Origin: Callorhinchus milii
Taxonomy: Eukaryota
Reading direction: 5' to 3'
DNA length: 64,000 nucleotides
Assembly (NCBI RefSeq): GCF_018977255.1
Contig: NW_024704743.1
Coordinates: 114,640,001-114,704,000 of the forward strand
Shown here: one piece after another, positions 1 to 11,513 of the stretch
Position numbering within the stretch: the first letter of the stretch is position 1
Layout of the letters: every line of letters begins with the position of its first letter
Made by a program: the position numbers and the translations under genes
The notes under the pieces: generated by a model
What the model saw: the letters and a program-made list of their open reading frames with translations, nothing else
Told to the model about the DNA's origin: nothing
Database searches by the model: none

Positions 1-539
1 CTAAAAAGAAAAGGCCAGTGCTCATTAGCAACAGATGGAAATCAAGCTTGTGGGGAAGCTGTAATAAAATATGATGGCTAATAAAGGAAATAGATTCAGA
101 ACATGCCAGGTTTGATGATGGGAGATAGGTTATTACCGGTATATAGAGCTAACTTGATACATTAATAAAAGGCATAGGGTCTGGAATGCTTTATAAAACG
201 TTATTGAAATGCTGGGTTAGGTCGTTATTGGAGGATTCGTGCTGTGTAACTCTATGTGATCACTTGCCAATCTGTCTGTAGCTAGAAACATTTGTAGCAG
301 CTTTAAACCTCGCTTCAGTAGCAGTCAACTGAACCAAAGTTCAAGCTCTGTCCCTGTCTGTAAATCTTGGGATGTGGGGTTGACCTTTTGGCGGGGAAGA
401 AAGTCTATCTCACGAATGAGCATTTTTTTTGAATGCATGTGATGCCAAGCTGCACGAGAGTAGTTTGGGCGAGGGACTTAGTTCACACTCCTCACAAGTC
501 ATTGCTTTGACACCTCATCCTCCATCTCTCTCCCCCAAA

Positions 540-710
540 ATGCTGAAGATCCCTTAAAATTTTCAAGACCGAGGTGGATAGATATTTGTTAGGTCAGGGT
601 ATCAAGGGATATGGGGCAAGGGCAAATTGGATTGAGATACAGCCATGATCTAATAGAATGGTGGAACAGGCTCGAGAGGCTGAATGACTTTCTCCTGTTC
701 CTGTGTTCCT
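540..710 (+). mobile_element. CR1-type LINE 3' end fragment
   Basis: ...gatagatatttgttaggtcagggtatcaagggatatggg...gaatggtggaacaggctcgagaggctgaatg...ctcctgttcct resembles the recalled shark CR1/HE1 3' tail. Confidence 0.7.
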
Positions 711-1854
711 ATCTGCTAAACCTGCTGCTCCTCACAGTTGCTCTAGTCAGTAACAAGCTCACAACACAGAGATATTCCTCTAATTCTGAACGACATAGTC
801 CTCTGTTTAACCACCTCATTTTAACAAAGCAAAAAGTGCAGCCCATGTAAGTTTGATAGCACTCTTTTGATAGGATTTCATCAAGACAACGAGGCATTTC
901 AAAGTATTTGACAGGATTTACTGTGAAGCATAGTGACTGTGTATTTTTAGGTAATTTTTAGTAAATTGTAGCAGCCAATTTGGACTGTCGTTTTGAAACA
1001 GTCTGGAAATAATCTCTTGACAGACCCTTAAATTAACATATTCCCTGTAGCAGTCTGAAATTCCATTTTGATTTAGGATTGTGTGGAAAATTCTTAAACT
1101 CAACTCAATTTGGAAGCCCATTTGTTTTAAGAGAGTTTCTAAATGGAGAATTTTTCAGTTCTGCGCAAAGTTACATTTTTAAGACAGTCTCACACACTGC
1201 GACGAGGTGAAATTTTGGATTTCACACCAGTTAGTCTTTTTGCTGTGTAAACCTGGTGCTGGCTTGCCTGAAGTCTTGGAGTTAATTTTCCCACTGGTTA
1301 TCATGAATCCTTCCAATCACTTCCAGTTAATTCATAAAGTGACAATTACATTATTTGTTGAAAGGATTTTAATTTAATTAGTAGACAAAAGATTAATTCA
1401 CTTTCTGACAATTTTGTGGAACGATGGAAATGTTGAAAAGAGCAAAGGCTCATGTTTAAGGAGTTTGTGAAGTTTTTCTCTTTGAGCTGAATCTGCCTTA
1501 ATAATTCATGCGACGACCGGCTGTGAAGATCCAACTGTTAGCAATAGCTCGGCTGATACCAGAACCGGCAGGACTGCAATTAAGTCCCATTCAAGCCCCA
1601 CAGATCAGCCATGGAAATGACTTACTGATTCGGGAAGACGGACATTTTATGCGAGTCTATTTATCAGTTTGCTCCATTACAGTCAGTGAAGAACAGGAAG
1701 CTTCGTCGACCGCATAAAGGAATACTGAAGTAGCTCAACTTCAGAATAATAAGCACATTGGATTTGCCAAAGGTTTTTAACACAAGCTAACCATTAGCTC
1801 CCCAGCACCGTGCTGGGAAATCTGTGGCTCTCCATAGTTAATCCCAAATGTTAC

Positions 1855-1945
1855 CTTGTAAACTCCGTTCCGGGTAGAAGTGTTTGGTTTGTTCAAAAGC
1901 CTTTGTCACGACAGGCCCCTTCAGAAGATTACTGATCGAATCCAC
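1855..1945 (-). CDS. PREX2: PREX2 coding exon (~29): [30 protein letters not shown]
   Basis: cccaacag| ... |gtaaca; 91 nt; the next expected exon (DPWNLP motif) was not found in 1-1854. Confidence 0.95.
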
Positions 1946-2372
1946 CTGTTGGGATCAAAGCACAGTCGATGGAACTGTCCACACAACAGGCTGAAACAGC
2001 CCACCAACACCATTGCACTACATCATAGAAACCTTTAACAGATGACAGAACCAATGGTCTGAACCACACAGTTACAAAGCATGAGCTAATAATACAGCCA
2101 GAGCTCCAAGTAGTTCCAATTTTATGAACATGTTTCAATACAGAGAGAACAAGCCTCTGTGTTCCATTATACAGTACATTATACTGTAGGGCAGGTAACA
2201 GTGGTGTAGGAAAAGTGAATAATTCCTGTTGTTTCAACAATGTGGAGCAATTCTGAGCTTCGTTGAAGTCTCTGAATATAGTCAGTGTGGACAAATATTC
2301 TTTTTCAAAGTCTAAAGAGAGCCTCATTTGCACTTGACAGGTAATGACACCACCCAGTGTAACAATAAACTA

Positions 2373-2523
2373 CAAGGCGGTCACAGGTTCAGTTCTCAGT
2401 TTGTGTTAACATAGGTGATCTTAGCTGGGACGCTGGTACAAATCACTTCACTGCTCCTGGATTAAGAATGGAAGGAACAGATAGGAATCTCCTCCCTCCT
2501 GACCACTATTTGGTCACCCTGCT
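2373..2523 (+). mobile_element. Decayed LF-SINE-like fragment
   Basis: ggtcacaggttc...ggtgatcttagctggg...ctcctgaccactatttggtcaccctgct is colinear with the recalled LF-SINE consensus and with copies at 17650 and 45640. Confidence 0.5.
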
Positions 2524-3845
2524 CCCCCTTGACACATGCTTTCTTCCTAATCTTTCCAGCCTATTACAATGCTGTTAATTTTTCAAAGACTTGTATCAAT
2601 AAAGGGAAGTTAAGAGATTATAACGTAGGTTATGTAATGCTGTTCTAGTAGCAAGTTGTGCTTATTCCCTTGTTTCAGAAGAACAAAAGAACAGGAGCAG
2701 TGAAATTTGTTTTCCTTCCAGTCAGTCAAAAATAAATGCACTGTGTTTGCAAGATCTGAGTCTCAATTCCACTCAGGCAGATGGGATTGAAATTTCCTTC
2801 TGATACAATAATGCAATTTACATTTAGATAGCTCTTTCACGTCGGGGGGAGGTCTCAACTTGCTTAACATGGCTTGGTGAGCTTTTGAGTTGGGAGTGAA
2901 AGCCAATGTTCAAAACCCATAAAGAAATCTGAAGACGTAGGTTTGGTCATTCACAGCTGAATTTCTTCCAATTCATTTTTCATAGAATTTTCTATGAAAA
3001 ATTCCTTGCAATTTGACATAGTTGATGCTAATCTGATATTCTGACCCAGAAAAACAAATTATAGTGAATCTTGAGAAGGCAACGTAATTTCACTGTTATA
3101 AGAATGAGAGCGCTTCTGTGTTGATGCAAATTTATGGTGCAATACAAGTTTACTGTGTACATAAAAGTGTTTTTATTTCAACATTAATAAAGGAAGGGGG
3201 AACAATCAAAATGTCCCTTATCCCAGTAGGTTGCTGAACACAGAAAATAAAAATGAAAAATCTCAATTGCTAACAAAAATACCAGACAGTTAAAAGCTTG
3301 CTCCTGTATTAAAAAAAATTCTGCAGAGAAGAAATTATCAAGAGAACATTTTGTCTAAGTTTCAGTTTATCCATGGGCTACAATAGAGCATCTACTGGAA
3401 CTAGGGAAATATTGGTGACAACATTAGTAAGTAAAGCATTTGCAATAACAAGGTTCCATCGTGACAGAGCTGGACAGTCAGCCTATTATTTTGTTTCACA
3501 CACAAACAAAACACAATCTGATGTGTTTACAGCAATGTGATTAAATTGTTTTATGAATGCATTAGCATGTTAACATGGCAATAAAGTGTACTATAAACAA
3601 GAAGTACAACTTTCTACAAATTGCTCTCTCGTGACCTCATTACCGCATAACGCACATATTAGAAAAGGGTTTATTGGTGGCAGCGCTAAAGGAAGGGCAC
3701 ACATACTTCGAAAATTTTCAGTCAAAACCTCATTTTTCCCCACCACATCTTAAATAATATTTGGAAATTAATTTAAGTTTGATCAAGAAAATAAAAAGCT
3801 CCTCGAAGCTTTTGACAGGACTGGACAAGGTTTGAATTGACTTAC

Positions 3846-3928
3846 CTGACTAAAGAGATGTTCTAAGCAGCCATGCAGTTTGTCCTGTTTATCATGGGAA
3901 ATCCGTACACTGCAAGGCAACTCATCGC
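3846..3928 (-). CDS. PREX2: PREX2 coding exon (~28): (G)[27 protein letters not shown]
   Basis: cacacag| ... |gtaagt; 83 nt. Confidence 0.96.
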
Positions 3929-5489
3929 CTGTGTGAATCACAAGCACAAAACATATTTTCTATTGATTCACTGTCAAAGAAACGACGCCTTGAGACAAGA
4001 GCACTTCATTGATTTTTAAGCTGTCATTGATCAAATTTATTAACCTACTGATCCCTGTGTTCAGCATGTCAACTTTACATTAAATAACAAGAATAACACA
4101 ATATGCAGTGGACTTTGGTAACAACAACCAACATTACATTGCATTTGTATAGCGCTTTCACGTCGGGAGGACATACCAAGGTGCTAACATCAATCTCTAC
4201 TAGAGATTACATTTTTTTAATTTCATCATTTAACTTCCAGTGAATCATTTCAGTTCTAATGAAGAGAATTATTAAGACTTTGATGTCAAATATGATTTAT
4301 CAAACTTTCCAATACTGGAGGTGAGCAGCTTGTGGTCATGCCCAAAACTTTGATCTGGAGGAATGCAAAAGAATTCTCACTTCAGGCGAACTTGTTCCCA
4401 TACCTGTGTTGTCTAGCGAGCTACTGGGAGACTGTAATAACCATTCAGTGAAATCTGTATCTCTAACATTTGCTCCTCTTCCCATTGGAAAGGATCTGAT
4501 CTCTGCTTTGTGCTCTTCATAACAGTTTGGTTCAGTCCACCGATTACTGATGGTTTCCGCACAAAGCACTCACTGGACTTTAAAATAGATCCCCTGAAGC
4601 ACTTTAAGAAGTGACAAAGTGCCCACAAAATACAAAGTCAATCCACTTTACAATATTTTCTGTGAAGAGTTTTGAGATATCTCAACGACGTGATAAGCTG
4701 CTATATCAAATGCAAGGATTATTATTATAAATTCTCCCAATGTGAAAGGCTCTATACCAAGTGTAAGGATTATTACTATTATTACTGGTGTGTGGTTGGG
4801 AATAAGAGGAAGTAGAGGTCCACAGATCATGAAGATCTGTTGCATGATGTTGTTTTGCTGACCACAAGTCCCCGGTGTCCAGGCACCTTAACAATGAAGG
4901 GATCTGAAGTATGGAATTGAGATCCTGCTGCTTTTTAGCCTGTACTCTCATGGGGATAGATCACTTATCTGTACCAGCAGCCTTCATTTATCATCCTGGC
5001 GTCAAGCACTGTGCATCAACAAAAGAATAATAAGTTCCAGCTACACTGTCGTACTGGAGAACAGTATTCTGCTTGTTGTACTGTGTTTGATCTGTTTCAA
5101 TGAACGGCTTATAAATACACATATAAAAGAGGGTGAATTCAGATTCTGTCATTGAATATATGGAGGAACATTCCAGGATGGGAGCAGTAAATTTACAATG
5201 GTATCAAAACCGTTTAATCTATTGGAAGTATCAATGCTTTGTGATTTGGAGGGGTGGGGTGGGGGAACATAAGAAATCAAACCTCAGATATATATTCAAC
5301 TTAGCCTAAAAAGGAATGGTTTGGGACTGACGGTAGTGCTTTGACTGACTGGGTCCAGATGTTCCTCTCATCAGCAACTCAAAGATTCAGATCATTTTAT
5401 TGCATAAATCCAAAAAGCTGGAAGACATTATGAAGGCCATATCTACTGTGAACCATACGACTGTGGCAACAAGCACAGATATGTGAGGA

Positions 5490-5570
5490 AGCAGGTCCCA
5501 GGTATCGAATGCAGGCAGGTCCTCTCGTTTGCAAGGCGAGTGCTCTAACCACTAAGCTACAGGACTCCTC
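5490..5570 (-). mobile_element. Solo tRNA-derived SINE head
   Basis: Reverse complement ggagtcctgtagcttagtggttagagcactcgccttgcaa matches the SINE head at 36057. Confidence 0.8.
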
Positions 5571-5938
5571 AAATGTGGGGTATTATTGAGTCGGGCACTA
5601 GTTGAAAGGGACAGGGGTTGGTCATGGATGGGCTACAGCATAAAAACAATAGTCTTTGATATGGGCTTCACTTCAGTCCATAGAGAGCTTACTTCTCCAT
5701 GTGGAATGTAAGAAATTTGAGAGGAAAATGTAAAGCCAGAACAAAGCTGCAATGAGAAAAAATGTTCAGAAAACAAGAAGTGAACATATACAAATCTAAG
5801 CAGCAAGGACAACGCAAATGTTTCTTTGAATAAGAGATAAAATTATATTGTTAGGATCTGTATAAACCTGTAACTTGCTACCATTGTTCCATCCAGAGCA
5901 ACAATCTGCAGAGTCATTTTACATCATGTGCATCTTAC

Positions 5939-6033
5939 CTGAGTCCATGTCATCACTGTGTACATAGGAGTCGCAGTGGCTGCTACACATGCTGGTAAAC
6001 GAAGCAATGGAGTTCCTGTTACTGTTACAGTCA
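5939..6033 (-). CDS. PREX2: PREX2 coding exon (~27): (S)[31 protein letters not shown]
   Basis: ttcttccag| ... |gtaaga; 95 nt. Confidence 0.96.
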
Positions 6034-7356
6034 CTGGAAGAAAAGAGAGGAGAAACAATTAAATCTGCGTCTGGCAATCAGTGATGGATTTTGCTTTCAC
6101 TCTGGGTATTAAGCAAAAGTCCCTTTTTCAGTGTGTACGAGTACCTGGGGATTCATCGCCCTAGGTTGACACATCCCTGATCAATTGATTTGTTACCCTC
6201 AATGGATTGCTGTACACAAGAAAAGCCTTGCTCCTAGTATACTGTTTTGCTTAGAAACGTATCCCAAACCATTTTCCTATCACATATACGGTTGTTGCTT
6301 CCTCCCGGAAACTATTCTTTCACTGTCTGATCCATGTACACTGATCTTTGTAATATACAGGTAGCTCAGCTGGTTCACTATTGAATTCCAATGAAGCTAT
6401 CAAAAGGTTTCTTCAGAGGGAGGTATGTCGTCTGCACTCCTTTCAAAAATCAGTTGCAAGGAATTATTATCAACTTTAATTGACTTCTGGCTATTTGCTG
6501 TCCATTACCATCTTTTTATTTGAGTAGTGAGTCGATAAATGGGAGATGTGCCCAGGGTCACCAACCAGTGGGAACATTCTCTTTCTACAATTTAAAATAC
6601 TGCAGTCATGATATCACTTGTCTACATTGACTGATTTTAATTCATATTGCCCTTCACACTGCCCTTGATGTTTCTGAGAAATATATGTAGATATTTAATG
6701 CTGAGTGGTACATACATAGGCAGTTATAAAATATTGCTAAATTCAATCTATGTTTCTTCCTGTATTCTTCTCTCTCGCTCTCTTTCTTTCTAAAGGTCAC
6801 ACAAATACATCATAAAAATACAAATCCTTACACTGACATAACAAAACGCTTTCCCAAGATGAGTTGACGCATATTCTGGGCTTAACAAGCTTGACTCATA
6901 GTTTGGTAGTTTTCATCATCCAGTTTCCACTGAGCCAGGGGAGCCCATAGACACGATTTGTCACCGTTAATGAGCAGCCCAATAATTCACACACACTGAG
7001 ACTTCGATTTGGTATGTCCCAGGCTCAAACATGCTCATTAAATGGGATTTCATGGAAAAACCTAACAGCATGGAGTACAACACTGCAAGCCATTATTGTA
7101 GGTAGCCAGACAGGACTTGGTCACAACACAGAATCTGTCCCCACAGCACACGATGCAACTGAAAGTTTATGAACAGCTAAGAGATTGTGAAAAGAACTGC
7201 AATGCTTTGCTCTTCTTCTTAGAAATCAAATGTAGTGCCTTGTAAAATGAAATAATTTAACCTGCAGCGATGGGCATTTCCAAACTAAGACAGAGGATCA
7301 CATTCTGAATTTCAAGACTACTTGTCCCTATGGAGTAATCTATTGCAGCTTTATAC

Positions 7357-7536
7357 CTATAGGAATCCCTGTTGCTTATTGTGTCGTGACCCGAATCTTC
7401 CTGGTCATCTCCTGTTACCACGAAGCAGACTTTCTTACTATTGCGTTCTCCCCTGTCGGTCTCGTTCTCTCCTGTTATTAGAGCCTCGGAAGTCCTGTTC
7501 TCTGGTATCGTCGGGTGTGTTATTGATGAGAGGAGG
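7357..7536 (-). CDS. PREX2: PREX2 coding exon (~26): [59 protein letters not shown]
   Basis: ttttccag| ... |gtataa; 180 nt; KVCF (RVxF-type PP1-docking motif known in P-Rex proteins) and QEDSGHDT motif. Confidence 0.96.
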
Positions 7537-7727
7537 CTGGAAAACAGGAAAGGATGTAATGAGTAATTCAGAATATTAAAGATGTCTTCGCTAAGGAAAA
7601 CAAAGCTCTTAAATCTTTCCTGAAGCTTACATAAAAAAATTACTACAGGAGTGGGCACAATACAAACACTGTGAAACACTGTGATATGGCAATGAGCTTT
7701 TTCCCAGAATATTTTAGCCTTTGTATG

Positions 7728-8690
7728 AACATAAGAAAATAATAATTTGCTGGTGAAAGGAGACCAAGGTCTATCTAGTTCGCATTCCACCATCCTAATA
7801 ATCGCTTGACATGTATCCCAAATTATACACTGCATCCCGAGATATTATTTTCGAGCAGAAATTGATCTAATTTATTTTTGAAACAAATGACAATTTCTGC
7901 TTCCACTGTCTCCCCAGGGAGCCTGTTCCATAAGTTTACTACTCGCTCACTGAAGGAGTGTTTCGCAGATTTGTTCTGAATTTATCCCCTTTCAATCACA
8001 GGCCGTGTCCTCTGGTTCTACTGTTCAGTACAAGATAAAACAGCTTATCATGGTCTACATTATCTAGTGCCTTCAGAATCTTAAAGACCATAATTATATT
8101 GCCTCTAAACCTTCTCTTCTCCAGTGTGAACATGCCCAGTTTACCTAATCGCTCCTCATGGTCCAGTCCCTTCATCCCTTCAATCATTTTGGTTGCGCTC
8201 CTCTGTCGCCTCTCAATCCCTGCAATATCCTTTTTATATTGCAGTGACGAGAACTGCACACAGTTTTCCAAGTGCAGTCGCGCCTTGATTTATAAAGTGG
8301 TAGGATTACCCCACTAGTTCGGCTCAAAACTGCCCTTTTAATACAACTCAGCATCTGGTATGTCTTACTCACTGCTACACGAGCACTGTTGCAATAGCTT
8401 CAATTTATTGTCAATCAGGACCCCTAGGTCCTTTACATTATCTGTGCAGATTATTTCTTCCCATTTAAATAATAGTCTCTTCCTGATTTTTTTGTCCCAT
8501 GTGAAGCACATTACATTTCTCTACATTGAATTTCATCTGCCATTGATCTGCCCAATTCCCAAGTGCGTTCAACTCCTCCTGTCACCTAATCTGTTCATCT
8601 TTGCAGTCTACCACCTTCATTAGCTTTGTGTCGTCTGCAAATTTAGCCACTGTGTTTGTGACTCGTACCTCCAAACCATTTATGATCATT
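7728..8690 (-). mobile_element. CR1 LINE, 5'-truncated; degenerate RT C-terminus plus 3' UTR
   Basis: Frameshifted ORF pieces KFADDTKL, MLSCIKR..ILPLYKS, ERLGKLGMFTLEKRRFRG..SRTRGH are typical of CR1 ORF2. Confidence 0.92.
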
Positions 8691-8771
8691 GTGCATCTAT
8701 TCAAGACTGTAACCTGCATTTTATAATCCTTACATTTGATACAGCATCTTTTACGTCGGGAGGACATCTCA

Positions 8772-8979
8772 AATAATCCCTCCAAAACCAAAAACAATAA
8801 TAAATTGGTCATTTTCAATCTACGACTGTTTGTGGGACATTGCTGTGCGCACTTGGCTGCCGTGTTCGCCCATAAATATACAATCAATTTACTTTACAGT
8901 GTGTTCTGTGAAGCGCTTTGGGAAGTCCTCCCGACGTGAAAAGCGCTATATCAAATGCAAGGATTATTATTATTATTAT
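8772..8979 (+). mobile_element. Young SINE, 5'-truncated, inserted into an older opposite-strand SINE (about 8720-9170)
   Basis: Near-identical to 36165-36375; (ATT)n tail. Confidence 0.92.
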
Positions 8980-10856
8980 AAAGTGCTTCACAGGATTTAC
9001 GGCAGTGCTTCACACTATTTACATCCCAAAGTGCTTCACAGGATTTAGTGTAGTGACTGTGTAAATTGTAGGTGAATGTGGCAGCTAATTTGTATGCAGC
9101 AATGTCCCATAAACAGGCATGAAGTGAATGACCAGTTTTATCTCGGAGATTGTTGCTGGGATTCAAGAGAAACTCTAGTCCAAAAACTATTTAATAAAAC
9201 ATAAAATGTTTTCTTCAATGTTAGTTCCTATTAGCCAATTACTACCACCTACTAGCCATTTCATTTGCAGATTAAATCAAGTTCAAAGTGATTAGTTCAC
9301 TCTTGCTGGGAACAACCTATCATGCTGCGTTTATGGAGCGTGCTTGGTTAGGTGCCTGGCAGTGTTTGTCCACTCAAGCTCAGTATATATGGGAGCAGAG
9401 AGAGTGTGAGCCTGGAGAAGAGCCAGTCTGAACCTGGAGAAGGTGTTTCCAGGAACAGAGTGATATTTACTCACTGCAGAACAAAGACAATGGGTATAAA
9501 TCACATCTGAACTCACTCCCATGAAGTCCATTGAATTCTCAAAGTAACAAATGTAGTTCACAAATCACGTAGTTTATAAACCAGATGCAAAGGTTTATTA
9601 TTTTTATAATGACTCAGACTATCGGGTTATAACAGGTCTGCCCTGTAGCCTGCAACATTCTGAAAATGTATTTTACCCATTAGTCAAAGTACCATTAGCT
9701 TTCTACTTCTTCACACAAAACTCAACTTAACCCAAATACCCTGACATTCGGGGATCACTGGCACAGAATCCAGATGCTGAAAATCAGAAAATGTAGTTTA
9801 AATCACAAACAACGTAATGAAAGCAATGCATCTACATCATTGCACATGGACACACGTGAATAAGGCAGGACTCAAGAAATGAAACCTACGCTTCACTAGG
9901 GCATTTTGCACTGTGTATAAATAAACAGAATACATCATGCATGCAATATAGCAATAATAATAATAAACATAACAATAGTTATTAACATTGTGAACAGTGC
10001 TAAGAATATAAACGTTTTCCCATTTATTTCTGATCGAAGTGAATTACAGGAAAAGAACACACCAACGCCCATCTCCACTGCTGCCTTCTCTACACAGAAT
10101 GTAGCCATCATAGAATCGTACAGATTACAGCACAGAACAAAGGAAAATAAGAAAGCCGGAAGAGGAGGAGGCCATTCAGGCACATCAAGCCTGTTGCACC
10201 AGTTTATTAGATCTTGGGTAGATCTTTTAATCTGAATGACATGCCCCTTTCATCATACCTCTTAAAACCTCTATTACCCAGGTATCTCTCTCTCTCTCTA
10301 TGGACCAAGATGATAATAATCCTTACAATTGGTATAGCACCTTTGACATCAGGATGATGTCCCCAAAACACTTCAAAGGATATACTTTAAAAGTGCAGTG
10401 ACTTTGTGTTTTGTGAGTGATTGCATCAATACAATGTAAACAGTCCTAAATTGTACTTGAATACTTGTGAGTTGAATGCCCTGCCCTTCAGGATTTCATA
10501 CTCTTTCCATAAAGTTCTAAAGGAGATCCTGGTGTTGCTGTGAAATCAAGGCTGGTGCCAGCAACTCCACTGAAGCTGTCTATTCCAATGGCTTTTTTTC
10601 CCCCTCCCCCATATCCTTCCATATTGATCTTCTTCAAATATTTATCCAATTCACTTTTAATTTTATTATGGTCACAACAACAATTTACATTTATACATTG
10701 CCTTTCTGATCAGGAGGATTCGTCAGGGGCAGGGGAGGGGAGGGGGAGCTGGAAAGGGGAAAGGAGGCTGGAAGGTCGGTCAAGGAGAAAGGTTTTAAGA
10801 TGGTTTTTAAGATGGAACCTCAAGAGCCATATGCTACAAAGCATTCCATGTGCGAG

Positions 10857-11272
10857 TCTGGCTCAGTTCGTAGCACTCTCGCCTTTGAGTCAGAAGGTTG
10901 TGTTGTAGTTTTAAGCTCTACAAAGGGACTTGGAACCTACAAGTCTAAGCTGACACTATTCTGGGGATGTGCTGCATTGTTGAAGGTGCTATCCTTCGGT
11001 TGAGACATTAGACCAAGGTGCTGCTTGTCTGTTCAGGTGAACGTTAAAAGATCCCATGGAACTATCTGAAAAGAGTTTCTCCTGGCCAACAATCCTCCAG
11101 TCAGTCATTCATTTCATGGTTGTTTGTGGGACATAGCTGTGAACAAACCTGCTGCATTCAAGCTCAAAAATACACACAGTCACAGCACTTTATAGTGTAT
11201 TCTGTGTAGTGCTCTGAGACATCTCGACAAAATTATAAGGCTGAATATCATTAGCAAGGATTATTACTATTA
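10857..11272 (+). mobile_element. Old DeuSINE-type (SacSINE1/AmnSINE1-like) element
   Basis: ctggctcagtt.gtagcactctcgcct.tgagtcagaaggttgtg head, ctgttcaggtgaacgttaaaagatcccatgg centre, gtttgtgggaca..gctgtg block and (ATT)n tail. Confidence 0.8.
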
Positions 11273-11494
11273 TGCTTTAATAACTGTGTTAAATTAATTT
11301 TTCCAACCTTCCCCCCTTTAACTCTTCGTTCCCACTTGTTACCAATTCGCCAACCAGTGGGAAGGGTTTTTCTTGGTTGCTGTCAATACCATATTGTCAC
11401 AGGGTCATATATCACATCGGGACTCTTATCGAGCAGAGATTCCAACCAGACTTCATCTTCCCTCAATGAAATGGAAGACTTTGAGGCAGCACAG

Positions 11495-11513
11495 AGCACC
11501 ATCTGGTGGTGCA
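11495..11513 (-). promoter_or_regulatory. Candidate CTCF site
   Basis: Minus strand tgcaCCACCAGATGGTGCT versus consensus CCACCAGGGGGCGCT; TGCCATATT upstream at the usual spacing. Confidence 0.5.
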
